This document shows, piece by piece, positions 1-11,484 of a stretch of 32,097 nt of DNA. The notes beneath the pieces are model-generated. The model did no database searches. It saw only the letters and a list, made by a program, of their open reading frames with translations, and was not told the origin of the DNA. The position numbers and the translations under genes are program-made. Source of the DNA: Octopus bimaculoides (Eukaryota); NCBI RefSeq assembly GCF_001194135.2, contig NC_068998.1:40465992-40498088 (forward strand), in the 5' to 3' direction. Each line of letters starts with the position of its first letter. Within the stretch, counting starts at the first letter, position 1.

Positions 1-59
<59 letters not shown>

Positions 60-209
60 TATATATATGCTTGTATATACACTCACACACTCTCTTTCTC
101 TCTCTCTCTCTCTCCCTCTCTCTCCGCCCCTCACTTCATTTAGCCATCTGTATAACTTATCTATTTAGATTATCTACCTAATTATCCCTCTGTCTACTGA
201 TGCATTTAC

Positions 210-254
<45 letters not shown>

Positions 255-270
255 GACTTATCTAACTATC
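1..270. repeat. Microsatellite block: (CA)n, (CT)n, (TCTA)n
   Basis: (AC)n at 1-53, (CT)n at about 90-125 and (TCTA)n at about 205-255, read directly. Confidence 0.95.
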
Positions 271-559
271 TTTCTATCTAGCCCTTTTAAACATTTGTTT
301 CTATTTTATTATTTAACAATCTAATTACATTTTAAAACTATTTTTGTGTAGGTTTATGTTAATATTTGTCAATATAGTTATAGAAGATCCGTCTAACTTT
401 GTAGGAGAAAGAACTTATAATCTTCTTCATCGTTATCACTACCATTGTCATCATCATCACCATCACTACTAACACCATCAGCATCATAATGATGATCATC
501 ATCACAATGTCATCATCACCACCACCACCACCATCATCATCATCATTTTTAGTGTGAAT

Positions 560-735
560 TAGCAAAATTGTTAGAGCACTGGGCAAAATGTTATGTGGAA
601 TTAGTTCTGACTCTTTATGTTCTGAGTTCAAATTCCCCATTTTCCTAAAGTCAACTTAGCCTTTCATCCTTTTAGAAGGGTCAATAAAATAAGTATTTAT
701 CTATTAGTAACAGAGATTTAATCAACTGACCCTTC
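560..735 (+). mobile_element. tRNA-derived SINE, family A, degenerate
   Basis: Has the B-box-like gttctgagttcaaattcc and the family core gtcaacttagcctttcatcc...gtcaataaaataagta. Both are shared with the near-intact copy at 22561-22785. Confidence 0.75.
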
Positions 736-845
736 CACTAAAAAGTGTATTGGCACACGTAATTTTGAAACCGTTATTGTGTTTTTTTCTTACTAATAAT
801 AATAATAGTAATAATAATAATAATAATAGTTATTATTATAATAAA

Positions 846-1058
846 GCTGGTGTGCTGGCAGAATCATTAGCATGCCAAGCAAAATGCTTAACAGTACTTA
901 GTCTGTCATTGCATTCTGAGTTCAAATACTGCTGGGGTTGTCTTTGCCTTTCATCCTCTTGAGGCTGATAAAATAAGTACCAGTTGAGTACTGGCGTCAG
1001 TGTAATCAATTTACCCAATTTCCTGAACTTGCTGGCCTTGTGCCAAAATGTGAAACCA
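846..1058 (+). mobile_element. tRNA-derived SINE, family A
   Basis: Head gctggcagaatcattagc, B-box ctgagttcaaat, core ctttgcctttcatcc...gataaaataagtaccag, and tail ggccttgtgccaaaatgtgaaacc followed by (AAT)n. Confidence 0.88.
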
Positions 1059-1090
1059 ATATTATAATAATAATAATAATAATAATAATA

Positions 1091-1265
1091 TGGTTTCAAA
1101 TTTTGGTACAAGGCCAACATTTTTAAGGGGAGGTGATTAGTCAATTACATGAAACGCACTACTTGACTCAAACGAAAAAAAAGTCAGTTGGTTTCAGTGG
1201 AATTTGAACTCAGAATCTAATAAGTTAGAAGAAATGATGCTAAACATTTTATCCTGTGCATGCAA
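1091..1265 (-). mobile_element. SINE family A, internally deleted, tail-to-tail with 846-1058
   Basis: tggtttcaaattttggtacaaggcc is the reverse complement of the family tail. ggaatttgaactcagaa is the reverse complement of the B-box segment. Confidence 0.8.
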
Positions 1266-1493
1266 AGGCTCTGTCAAATACCAGGTTTGATTTAATCAGT
1301 TACATCCATCCATCTCTCCCTAAAATCCGTGTTCTGGGAATGAAGTTAGACACCATCAATATTTTTATTTGGGATCAATGTATTAAACTGTTTTCTTCGC
1401 CCAAAATCTCTAGACTTGTGCCTAAATTAGAAACATTATTATTATTATCATAATTATTATTATTATCATTATTATTATTATTATTATTATTAT

Positions 1494-1710
1494 GGTGGTG
1501 AGCTGGCAGAATCATTATCATACCAGACAAAATGCTTGGCTGCATTTGGCCTATCTTTACAATGTGAGCACAAATTCAGCTGAGGTCAACTTTGTCTTTC
1601 ATCCCTTTGGAGTCAATAAATTAAGTACCAGTCGAGCACTGAGGTTGATGAAATCGACTTGCCCCGCTCTCCCCAAAATTTCAGGCCTTGTGTCTATAGA
1701 GGAAAGGATT
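1494..1710 (+). mobile_element. SINE family A
   Basis: Head ggtgagctggcagaatc, core gtcaactttgtctttcatcc...aataaattaagtaccag, tail tcaggccttgtg. Confidence 0.85.
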
Positions 1711-1912
1711 GTTATTTTTATTATAATGGTTATTATACAGCAATGATTACTTGCAGTTGCCCCATTCTAGATATTATGAACTACTTAATTTCATAGAGGT
1801 TTACATACTCCCCTGTTACACATACAAATGTCTGCATGTGTGTGTGTGTTTACATATGTTTATATGTAAATTATATATATATATATATATAGATAGATAG
1901 ACAGATAGATAG

Positions 1913-1978
<66 letters not shown>

Positions 1979-2052
1979 ATTTATATATGCATCTATATGT
2001 ATGGATTTATATATGTGTACATATATACATATATGTGTGTGTGTGTGTGTAT

Positions 2053-2411
2053 TCTTTTATCCATTCACATGTTTCAGTCATTTGACTGCGGCCATGCTGG
2101 AGCACTGCTTTAAAGGGTTTTAGTCAAAGATTTTTGACTCCAGGACTTATTCTTTGTAAGCCTTGTACCTATTCTACCGGTCTCTTTTGCCAAACTTCTC
2201 AATTATTGGGGACATAAACACACCAACATCAGTTGTCAAATGATGGTGTTGGGGACAAACACAGACACATGCACATGATGGATTTCTTTCAGTTACTGTC
2301 TACCAAATCCACTCACAAGGCTATAGCAGAAGACTCTTGCCTAAGGTGTCACACAGTGGGACTGAAACTAGAACCATGTGATTGAGAAGCAAGCTTCTTA
2401 CCCTACAGCTG
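2053..2411 (-). mobile_element. SINE family B (tRNA head, MIR-CORE-like block, LINE-like tail)
   Basis: The minus strand reads head ...ggttctagtttcagtcccactgtgtgacaccttaggcaagagtcttc, which is similar to the CORE motif ccttgggcaag. It ends in tail ccagcatggccgcagtcaaatgactgaaac. Confidence 0.85.
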
Positions 2412-2622
2412 GAGATCAATGGCATGTCCACTGTACTATCTTGCATCAGATCTTTGACATGAAACATGAAGACAAAGTATTCATTCGTGTTTATTCAATC
2501 ACCACCCCCAGCAGCGGCACCACCACCACCCAAATTAGGAAACGTGTTTGAGATTTCGGCAATAAAAATGCAGATCGCTGCATAAGGTTAACAACACACA
2601 CACACACACACACACACACACA

Positions 2623-3066
2623 NNNNNNNNNNNNNNNNNNNNNNNNNNNNNNNNNNNNNNNNNNNNNNNNNNNNNNNNNNNNNNNNNNNNNNNNNNNNNN
2701 NNNNNNNNNNNNNNNNNNNNNNNNNNNNNNNNNNNNNNNNNNNNNNNNNNNNNNNNNNNNNNNNNNNNNNNNNNNNNNNNNNNNNNNNNNNNNNNNNNNN
2801 NNNNNNNNNNNNNNNNNNNNNNNNNNNNNNNNNNNNNNNNNNNNNNNNNNNNNNNNNNNNNNNNNNNNNNNNNNNNNNNNNNNNNNNNNNNNNNNNNNNN
2901 NNNNNNNNNNNNNNNNNNNNNNNNNNNNNNNNNNNNNNNNNNNNNNNNNNNNNNNNNNNNNNNNNNNNNNNNNNNNNNNNNNNNNNNNNNNNNNNNNNNN
3001 NNNNNNNNNNNNNNNNNNNNNNNNNNNNNNNNNNNNNNNNNNNNNNNNNNNNNNNNNNNNNNNNNN
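2623..3066. other. Assembly gap flanked by (CA)n
   Basis: N run. Confidence 1.
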
Positions 3067-3105
<39 letters not shown>

Positions 3106-3394
3106 CAGTTTTGCTTGTTTAGGTTAAAACATTGATTCTGTTCAAATTTTAGGGTGATTAATGGCAACCATAAAGGAAATTTTCTTGAAGGAATCTGTGT
3201 ATAAGTCTGTTAGAGGGAGAATTGTTTCTGTTATTGAATGCTAGATATAATTTGTTACTCAGTTTAATAGTACCACCAAGTCTGAGTATAGCTTTATCCC
3301 TCCATTTTATCTGCCTCTGAACTTCTGAAAAGGATCATGACTGCTGCATTTTTTCATATCACTGAATGGTAGGAAAAAAAACTGGCAATCGACT

Positions 3395-3806
3395 CAACAA
3401 CATAGTAAACAACTGGACAGAAGTAAAGTGGTTAAGTACTGAACAGCAGTAAAGTGGTGAACAACTGGATAGTAATGAAATGGTGAACGACAAAACTGAA
3501 GTGAACTGTGAACAAATGAACAGAAGTGAAGCAGTAAGCAACTGAATAGCAGGAAACTAGGGAATGACTGAACATAAAGTGCTGAACAACTGAACAGAAG
3601 TGAAGTGATGAACAAGTGACCACCAGAGAATTGCTGGACAATTGAACATCAGTGAATTGGTGAACAAATGAACACCAGTTAATTGGTGAAGAACTGAACT
3701 GAAATGAAGTAGTGAAAAACTGAACAGTAGTGAAGCAAGGAACAACCAAACAGAAGTGAATTGGTGAACAACTGAACAGCAGTGAACTGGTGAATAGAAG
3801 TGAGTA
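3395..3806. repeat. Degenerate 26-bp minisatellite, consensus about aactgaacagcagtgaantggtgaac
   Basis: Successive 26-nt units, for example aaatgaacaccagttaattggtgaag / aactgaactgaaatgaagtagtgaaa / aactgaacagtagtgaagcaaggaac / aaccaaacagaagtgaattggtgaac. Confidence 0.85.
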
Positions 3807-4318
3807 GATGAGACTGTAGACAGATTGTTAACATGTTCATTTCTTTCTCTTTTTAAAGACTTAGTTCTTTAGACTTCATTCACACTTTTCACAATCTGAA
3901 CTGAGTGCACACACGCATACACACATATTTATACACAATTACACCCACACATATGCACTTACACACATGTCTACTCACATATACACATACACACATATAT
4001 ATACATATACACAAGTTGATAAGTGAAATTATTGAAGTCATAAGCTACTTAGGTTTCCTTCTCCTTGACATCATTCTCATTATCATCATCATCATCTTCA
4101 TCATCACCATATCACCGTTGTTGTCGTCATCGTCACCATCATCATCATCATCACCATCAGCATCTCCATCCTTTATTTAAGCTGTCTTTGATGATTTTGA
4201 GATAGACAAACATGAAACGTTTCTGGTATACATACCACTACTTTAGACCAAGAAACAAGGTAAGGGTAACAAAGACAGCAACATAGTTTGTTATGATTAT
4301 CATTTATTTTATTCTAAT

Positions 4319-4536
4319 TAAGGCAACAAGCCGACAGAATCATTAATCAGATGAAATGCTTTGTAGCATTTCTTCTGGTTTTATATTCTTGAGTTCAAAG
4401 TCTACCAAGGTTGACTTTGCCTTCCATCCTTTCAGAGTTGATAAAATAATTATCAGTTGAGCACTGAGGGGTCGATGTAATCAACTAGTCCCTTTCTCCA
4501 AAATTTCAGGTCTTGTATCAAATAGTAAAAAGGATC

Positions 4537-4575
<39 letters not shown>

Positions 4576-4980
4576 GGTGACAAATCAAGGTGACAAGCTG
4601 GCAGAATCATCCACCTCGACATTCTGAGTTCAAATTTTGCACAAGTCAGCTTTGAACTTCATCCTTTCAGGGTCACTAAATTTAGTACTAATGAAACAAT
4701 GGGGTCAATGTAATCGACTAGTTCCCTCCCCCAAAATTTCAGGCCTTGTGCCTTTAGTAGAAAGGATTATTAAATTGACAAGTTATTAGCATGTCACACA
4801 AAATGCTTAGCTGCATTTCTTCCAGCTCTTTACATTCTGAGGCTCTCAAATTCTGCTGCGGTTGACCCTGCTTTTCATTATTTGTGATGGATGAAATAAA
4901 TACCATTTAAGTACTGGGGTTGATGTAGATGACTACCTCTCTCACCAAATTTCTAACTTTCTGACTGTAGTATAAAGGAT
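4319..4980 (+). mobile_element. Three head-to-tail SINE family A copies (about 4319-4536, 4587-4770, 4782-4980)
   Basis: The core ctttgcc(t)ttcatcc / taccag / ctggggtcgatgtaatc occurs three times. An (ATT)n tail separates the first two copies. Confidence 0.85.
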
Positions 4981-5638
4981 TAGTATTGTTATCAGTCAAA
5001 ACCAAGTCTGATTCAACTTAGATAAGGTAGTTTTGTTAGAAAATTTATAACTGTGTTTGTGATCATGCTGGTGTACTAACATTATAATAATGTAGTACGT
5101 TAACAGGTCTTTTCTTTTGTTGTTAGTCAATCATCAATTTTATGTAGCATCTGTGTTCTGTTTTTTATAAAAGTGACTCTCTTTTCTGTCATATCACCTA
5201 TTAAATAGTTTTTTCCATGTTTCACTCTTTAAGAAATAAAAACAAAGAAATAAAAATTATGGAAGTTAATATTTTTAAAAATAGTAAATTAAAAAAAAAA
5301 GTAGAAAAATCCTCTAAAAGAAAAAAAGAAAATTATTTAAGATAGCATAGAATCAGGTATGTTATTTTATTATACTAACATATACAGTTCACCAAAAGAA
5401 AAAATATAATAAAAAAAATAAATAAATATATAAAAAAAAAACAGATTCAGCACCATTAGTTTGGTGCCATGACATTGATTTTTGTCTGCAGAGGGAGAGA
5501 GTGTATGTGTTGTGGACATTATTTAAGAGTTTGTAATCTTACTAACAAGAGCATTATTTTTTTCTTTATCTTCTTCAAGACAAAATGGAATATATCATGC
5601 AAGATATAGAAATGGGTTCTCTTCTATATATATATATG

Positions 5639-5688
<50 letters not shown>

Positions 5689-6139
5689 CACATACATATA
5701 TATATGTGTGTGTGTATATATATGCATATGTATATATATGAAATATATATATATTATTTATATATATATATATGGGACCATATTCTGGACACTGCAAAAC
5801 AAAAAAACAAAAACAAGATGTTTACACCTGTTCAAAGAAGTGACTAGTTGTACTTATACTCTGATAGCAGTGGCAACAGAGACAAAGACCTGGAATGTGG
5901 TGGGAGTGTATGTAGAATGTACTTGTAGAAAAGTGAGTGTATATAAATTATGCAGGCAATGGAGGTATTTCTACATGTGAGACAGGTGTATTTTTTTCTT
6001 TTCTTTTCTTTTTTTTTTGACTGTAACTATGCAGTCTTTGTGAGAAAAAAAAACCAAAAACAATAATAATAATAATTTTAAAAAAAACTATATTAAAAAC
6101 AAATGACTCTGTTATCATACAAGTTCTGAAAATATCTAC

Positions 6140-6195
6140 CTGCAGATATCTGGGACTGTAAAAGGACATAACATGCAGGTTTTCAAGACGTTCAT
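6140..6195 (-). CDS. Candidate 56-nt internal exon (D)ERLENLHVMSFYSPRYLQ; product unknown
   Basis: Strong acceptor ttttttttactcttttattgcttatag and donor cag|gtagat. In phase with the candidate exon at 6481-6531. Confidence 0.38.
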
Positions 6196-6480
6196 CTATA
6201 AGCAATAAAAAGAGTAAAAAAAAAATACAAAAAAAAAGAAACAAATTATCATTGAAAATATTGAAGAAGAAAAAACACAAAAAAATCTTAAAAATGGGAG
6301 TGATTTAATTCTATGATTCCAATGTTGTAAAAAATAAGACACACACAAAAAAAAATCAGTCCCTTCCCTGTTTTTTTTCTCTGTATCTTTTTTATTTTTT
6401 TGTGTATGTTTTTTATGCTGTATGTATATTTGTATATCATCAACCCCTCCATCAAATCTGTCCTTGACCTTAAATTTTAC

Positions 6481-6531
6481 CTTGACCTTGACATATGTGT
6501 CTCTTTTGTGTGATTGATGCATCTTTGCAAA
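6481..6531 (-). CDS. Candidate 51-nt internal exon (I)CKDASITQKRHICQGQ; product unknown
   Basis: Acceptor ttttattgccttag and donor aag|gtaaaa. Phase-compatible with the neighbouring candidates. Confidence 0.38.
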
Positions 6532-6695
6532 CTAAGGCAATAAAACTGAACACTTCGCAGAAAATAATATTAACGTCAGTGTTTATACGTATATGTATGT
6601 ATGTGTATATATAAATATATATATATCGATGTATACAAATAGATATGTATATTAAATATATGTATACATCTATGTATGTATGTATTTATATATGC

Positions 6696-7468
6696 NNNNN
6701 NNNNNNNNNNNNNNNNNNNNNNNNNNNNNNNNNNNNNNNNNNNNNNNNNNNNNNNNNNNNNNNNNNNNNNNNNNNNNNNNNNNNNNNNNNNNNNNNNNNN
6801 NNNNNNNNNNNNNNNNNNNNNNNNNNNNNNNNNNNNNNNNNNNNNNNNNNNNNNNNNNNNNNNNNNNNNNNNNNNNNNNNNNNNNNNNNNNNNNNNNNNN
6901 NNNNNNNNNNNNNNNNNNNNNNNNNNNNNNNNNNNNNNNNNNNNNNNNNNNNNNNNNNNNNNNNNNNNNNNNNNNNNNNNNNNNNNNNNNNNNNNNNNNN
7001 NNNNNNNNNNNNNNNNNNNNNNNNNNNNNNNNNNNNNNNNNNNNNNNNNNNNNNNNNNNNNNNNNNNNNNNNNNNNNNNNNNNNNNNNNNNNNNNNNNNN
7101 NNNNNNNNNNNNNNNNNNNNNNNNNNNNNNNNNNNNNNNNNNNNNNNNNNNNNNNNNNNNNNNNNNNNNNNNNNNNNNNNNNNNNNNNNNNNNNNNNNNN
7201 NNNNNNNNNNNNNNNNNNNNNNNNNNNNNNNNNNNNNNNNNNNNNNNNNNNNNNNNNNNNNNNNNNNNNNNNNNNNNNNNNNNNNNNNNNNNNNNNNNNN
7301 NNNNNNNNNNNNNNNNNNNNNNNNNNNNNNNNNNNNNNNNNNNNNNNNNNNNNNNNNNNNNNNNNNNNNNNNNNNNNNNNNNNNNNNNNNNNNNNNNNNN
7401 NNNNNNNNNNNNNNNNNNNNNNNNNNNNNNNNNNNNNNNNNNNNNNNNNNNNNNNNNNNNNNNNNNNN
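6696..7468. other. Assembly gap flanked by (TA)n
   Basis: N run. Confidence 1.
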
Positions 7469-7918
7469 ATATATATATATATATATGTGTGTGTGTGTAT
7501 GTGTATCGTCACCATCATCAACAATAATATTGTGGAAGCTTCTAATGAGGTCACCCAACCACCTCAAATTTTGTGGCAAGTTTAATTTTTTTTTTCCATT
7601 CAAATTCCCTACTTTCTTTTGATAGAAAGACCCCATAAGCCAGCAAGGGAACTTCTATATAGTTGTTGCTCTAAACAGCCAAATTTCCTTCATCAAACAT
7701 TCTTAATGTCATAAAAAAAATGTAGGGACCATAAAACAAATGCATCTGTAATAGTCAGTTACTCAATTTGCTCAACGTGGCATCCAAAACTCGTTCAACA
7801 CAGCAAACTCCTTACTGTTCGTATACACACACACATACATATATGTTGGGGACCAGACTGCATGTTTTATGAGTACCATGTCTTAGCACAACATGTCCCC
7901 TCAATTACATACATATAT

Positions 7919-7960
<42 letters not shown>

Positions 7961-7965
7961 TTATT

Positions 7966-8012
<47 letters not shown>

Positions 8013-8656
8013 TATATATAAACATACATATATATGTATATGTGTGTGTGCATATATATCTATCTATCTATATATATATATTTGTATGTGTGTGTGTGTG
8101 CATGTGTGTGTGTGCATGTGTGTGTGCATGTGTGTGTGTGCATGTGTGTGTGTGCATGCATGCATATATACACATCTGATGGCCTCAGTTTGGAATACTG
8201 ATTTTATAGTCCACCCAGCCAAAACAATAGACCCAATGGGAGAGATTCTTATATATGCCTACAGGTCTTGGAGGCTGGACTTATAGGTTGCTATGTCTGC
8301 TGTGTAGCAAACCTCAACGTCACTGCTCTGCTCAGACAGAGCTGAATGTGGGTGAGGGCACTTAATAATAATGATAATAATAATGATAATAAATATTTAA
8401 AATGTATTTGAGAAGAAAAATGAAAAGAAGCAGAAAAGAAAAACATTTCAAAAAATTCTATTTTATTTTTACCTTGCCCCACCCAACAATCTATAGTCAA
8501 TATTTGTCCTCCTAATTTCATTAGTGTATTTAAAAAGTGGACATTTTTTAATTGGAAAAAAAAAGAGAAAAATGAAAAGTCGTCTGTCGGTATAGAGCTT
8601 GCCAACATGTAGCTAAAAATTGTTGTGGATTAACATATATTATGTGGCCCTTTTAC

Positions 8657-8687
8657 TTGTTATATCTCTGCATGATCCAGAACATTC
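8657..8687 (-). CDS. Candidate 31-nt micro-exon ECSGSCRDIT
   Basis: Acceptor tttttttttgtgtgtgtgttcag and donor caa|gtaaaa. Confidence 0.32.
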
Positions 8688-8940
8688 CTGAACACACACA
8701 CAAAAAAAAATGCAATACATATATCACCCAGCCCCCCATTCGTACCCTAAAAATTAGAAAAAAATAAATGCTAGTTGATTAATTTACATAAAAGATTTGG
8801 ACAGTAATATACACCAACCAACCAACCAACCATTCCTTCGTTTTTACAGAATGAGTTGGGGTGGGGTGGAGGGGAAACAAACACAAACAAAAGATGAAGA
8901 AGGATCATAATAAAATAATAAAATACTACTACTGATAATT

Positions 8941-8943
8941 TTA

Positions 8944-8991
<48 letters not shown>

Positions 8992-9048
8992 TTGATGATG
9001 ACAATGAATATAAAAACAATTAACAACAACAATGATAATAATAATAGT

Positions 9049-9085
<37 letters not shown>

Positions 9086-9105
9086 GTAGTAATAATAATA
9101 ATTAG
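8941..9105. repeat. (AAT)n microsatellite
   Basis: Read directly. Confidence 0.95.
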
Positions 9106-9152
9106 AAACAAAAATAAAGAACAAACTAGGATTTCTTCACAACAAGCAATAC

Positions 9153-9175
9153 CATCAGAAGAAAACATGGGATTC
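9153..9175 (-). CDS. Candidate 23-nt micro-exon (R)IPCFLLM; alternative donors possible
   Basis: Very strong acceptor tttttttttcttttacag at 9176 and above. The donor atg|gtattg is only moderate. Confidence 0.3.
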
Positions 9176-9407
9176 CTGTAAAAGAAAAAAAAAAGGAAAA
9201 GAAAGAAAACTATTATATAGCCCCACCCCCCAAAAAAACAAAAACCCCTGAACACTTCTCTTTCATCTTCTCCATCCCTTACAAAAACATAAAGCATAAG
9301 CAAAACAAAAAAAAGCAATGAATAATAAAAATTAAAAAAAAATATTTTTATTCTTTTGTTGTTGTTGTTTTTTAAATTTCTCCTCTCAGCAGAGACTGAA
9401 ATGGGTA

Positions 9408-9410
<3 letters not shown>

Positions 9411-9493
<83 letters not shown>

Positions 9494-9495
9494 TC
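9411..9495. repeat. (CT)n microsatellite
   Basis: Read directly. It is the source of the poly-ER ORF artefact. Confidence 0.97.
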
Positions 9496-9520
9496 TTTTT
9501 CTTTCACTCTTATTTTTTAA

Positions 9521-9925
9521 TCTTTTTTACTCGTTTCAGTCACTGGACTGTGACCAGGGAACTGCCCTTAAAGGGTTTTAGTCAAACAAATTGACTTCAG
9601 GACATATTTTATTTTTTTTAAACCGGTACTTATTCTGTCGCTCTCTTTCTGCCAAATTACTAAGTTACAGGGATGTAAACAAACCAACATCACAACACCA
9701 GTTGTCAGGTGGTGGAGATGGGGTGATAAATACAAACACACACACATATATGTATGTATACAACAGTCTTCTTTCAGTTTTGATCTATCAAATTCACTCA
9801 CAAGGCTTTAGTTGGCCCAGGGTTATAGCAGGAGATACTTGCCTGAAATTCCATGCAGTGGAACTGAACCTATAACCATGTGGTTGAGAAGCAAGCTTTT
9901 TACTACACAACCATGCTTGCACCTA
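9521..9925 (-). mobile_element. SINE family B
   Basis: Colinear with 2053-2411: cgtttcagtcac, aagggttttagtc, tacttattctgtcg, caaattcactcacaaggc, ccatgtggttgagaagcaagc. Confidence 0.87.
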
Positions 9926-9964
<39 letters not shown>

Positions 9965-9967
<3 letters not shown>

Positions 9968-10238
9968 CTACTAACCGAGATGACTACTGACCGAGACCTT
10001 TGGAAATGTGCTGTGCGTGAGAAGACCCGGCAAGCCAAGTAAGATCGTTGCCAGTGCCCCTGGACTGGTTCTTGTGCGGGTGGCACATGAGATGCACCAT
10101 TTTGAGCGTGGCCATTGCCAGTACCGCCTGACAGGCTCCCGTAGGATTTTCGAGCGAGATCGTTGCCAGTGCCCCTGGACTGGCTTGTGCGGGTGGCACA
10201 TAAAAGACACCATTTCGAGCGTGGCCGTTTTCGTGCGG
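9965..10238 (+). mobile_element. RTE-clade LINE 3' fragment: ORF C-terminus plus tandemly repeated 3'UTR
   Basis: gag atg act act gac cga gac ctt tgg aaa tgt gct gtg cgt gag aag acc cgg caa gcc aag taa encodes EMTTDRDLWKCAVREKTRQAK*. gatcgttgccagtgcccctggactgg then repeats at 10043 and 10158. Confidence 0.8.
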
Positions 10239-10758
10239 NNNNNNNNNNNNNNNNNNNNNNNNNNNNNNNNNNNNNNNNNNNNNNNNNNNNNNNNNNNNNN
10301 NNNNNNNNNNNNNNNNNNNNNNNNNNNNNNNNNNNNNNNNNNNNNNNNNNNNNNNNNNNNNNNNNNNNNNNNNNNNNNNNNNNNNNNNNNNNNNNNNNNN
10401 NNNNNNNNNNNNNNNNNNNNNNNNNNNNNNNNNNNNNNNNNNNNNNNNNNNNNNNNNNNNNNNNNNNNNNNNNNNNNNNNNNNNNNNNNNNNNNNNNNNN
10501 NNNNNNNNNNNNNNNNNNNNNNNNNNNNNNNNNNNNNNNNNNNNNNNNNNNNNNNNNNNNNNNNNNNNNNNNNNNNNNNNNNNNNNNNNNNNNNNNNNNN
10601 NNNNNNNNNNNNNNNNNNNNNNNNNNNNNNNNNNNNNNNNNNNNNNNNNNNNNNNNNNNNNNNNNNNNNNNNNNNNNNNNNNNNNNNNNNNNNNNNNNNN
10701 NNNNNNNNNNNNNNNNNNNNNNNNNNNNNNNNNNNNNNNNNNNNNNNNNNNNNNNNNN
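10239..10758. other. Assembly gap
   Basis: N run. Confidence 1.
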
Positions 10759-10794
10759 GACGTCTTGTGTCTAGTTCTGGAAATTATATTTTAT

Positions 10795-10830
10795 AAACCG
10801 ACAGACTACGCTGATGATCCTGCAGATATT
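10795..10830 (+). mobile_element. Tiny LINE RT remnant (DYADD motif)
   Basis: gac tac gct gat gat cct gca encodes DYADDPA at 10804-10824, with no extended ORF around it. Confidence 0.35.
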
Positions 10831-11059
10831 TACTTATGTAAATTTTAACAAGTGAAACCATGGTACGTAGGTTAATCGTTTTTTTTTTATTTAGTATTTT
10901 TTCATTTGTCTTGCCCTTTTACAGTCTGTTGTGTCGCTAAATTTTTACTGAGAACATATTTTTCTTGGTTAGATGATTTGGCATCTATTTCTAGCATATA
11001 GGAGTCCACTTTTGTTGGTCATTCCTCTTATTTTTGTATGTTATATATATATATATACA

Positions 11060-11275
11060 ACGGGCTTCTTTCAGTTTCCATCTACCAAATCCATTTACAA
11101 GGCTTTGGTCAGTCTGAGGCTACAGTAGAATACACTTGCCCAAGGTGCCATGCAGTGGGACTAAACCCAGAACCATGTGATTGGTAAGCAAGCTACTTAC
11201 CACACAGCCACTCCTATGCCTGAGCTTCTTTCAGTTTCTATCTACCAAATCCGCTCACAAGGATTTGTCAGCCTG
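11060..11275 (-). mobile_element. SINE family B 5' half, plus partial tandem duplication at about 11221-11275
   Basis: cgggcttctttcagtttccatctaccaaatcc...cttgcccaaggtgccatgcagtggga...accacacagccactcc. The segment cttctttcagtttctatctaccaaatcc repeats immediately afterwards. Confidence 0.88.
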
Positions 11276-11484
11276 TTAGTATTTTTCTTCCTACTAGCCC
11301 CTTCATTTGCACTACTGACACTTCGGTGCTTTGCTTTTTTCTTGCTCTATTGCCTACTTCTCTGCATTTATCTTTCTCTGTATCTATCTTACACACTTTG
11401 ATTAGATTATTTTTCTTCTTGCTTGTTTCAGTATATCATCATCATCATACATGCACACTAACATTACACATTCTTCAGAGCATG

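Noticed and set aside
2409-2551. Plus-strand open stretch GDQWHVHCTILHQIFDMKHEDKVFIRVY..., faintly like a TNF/C1q strand
   Set aside because: The acceptor AG comes from an antisense SINE end, the expected final strand is not in frame, and no partner exons were found.
3395-3806. CRISPR-like or coding interpretation of the 26-bp array
   Set aside because: Units are contiguous and degenerate with no unique spacers, there are no cas genes, the context is eukaryotic, and the period is not a multiple of 3.
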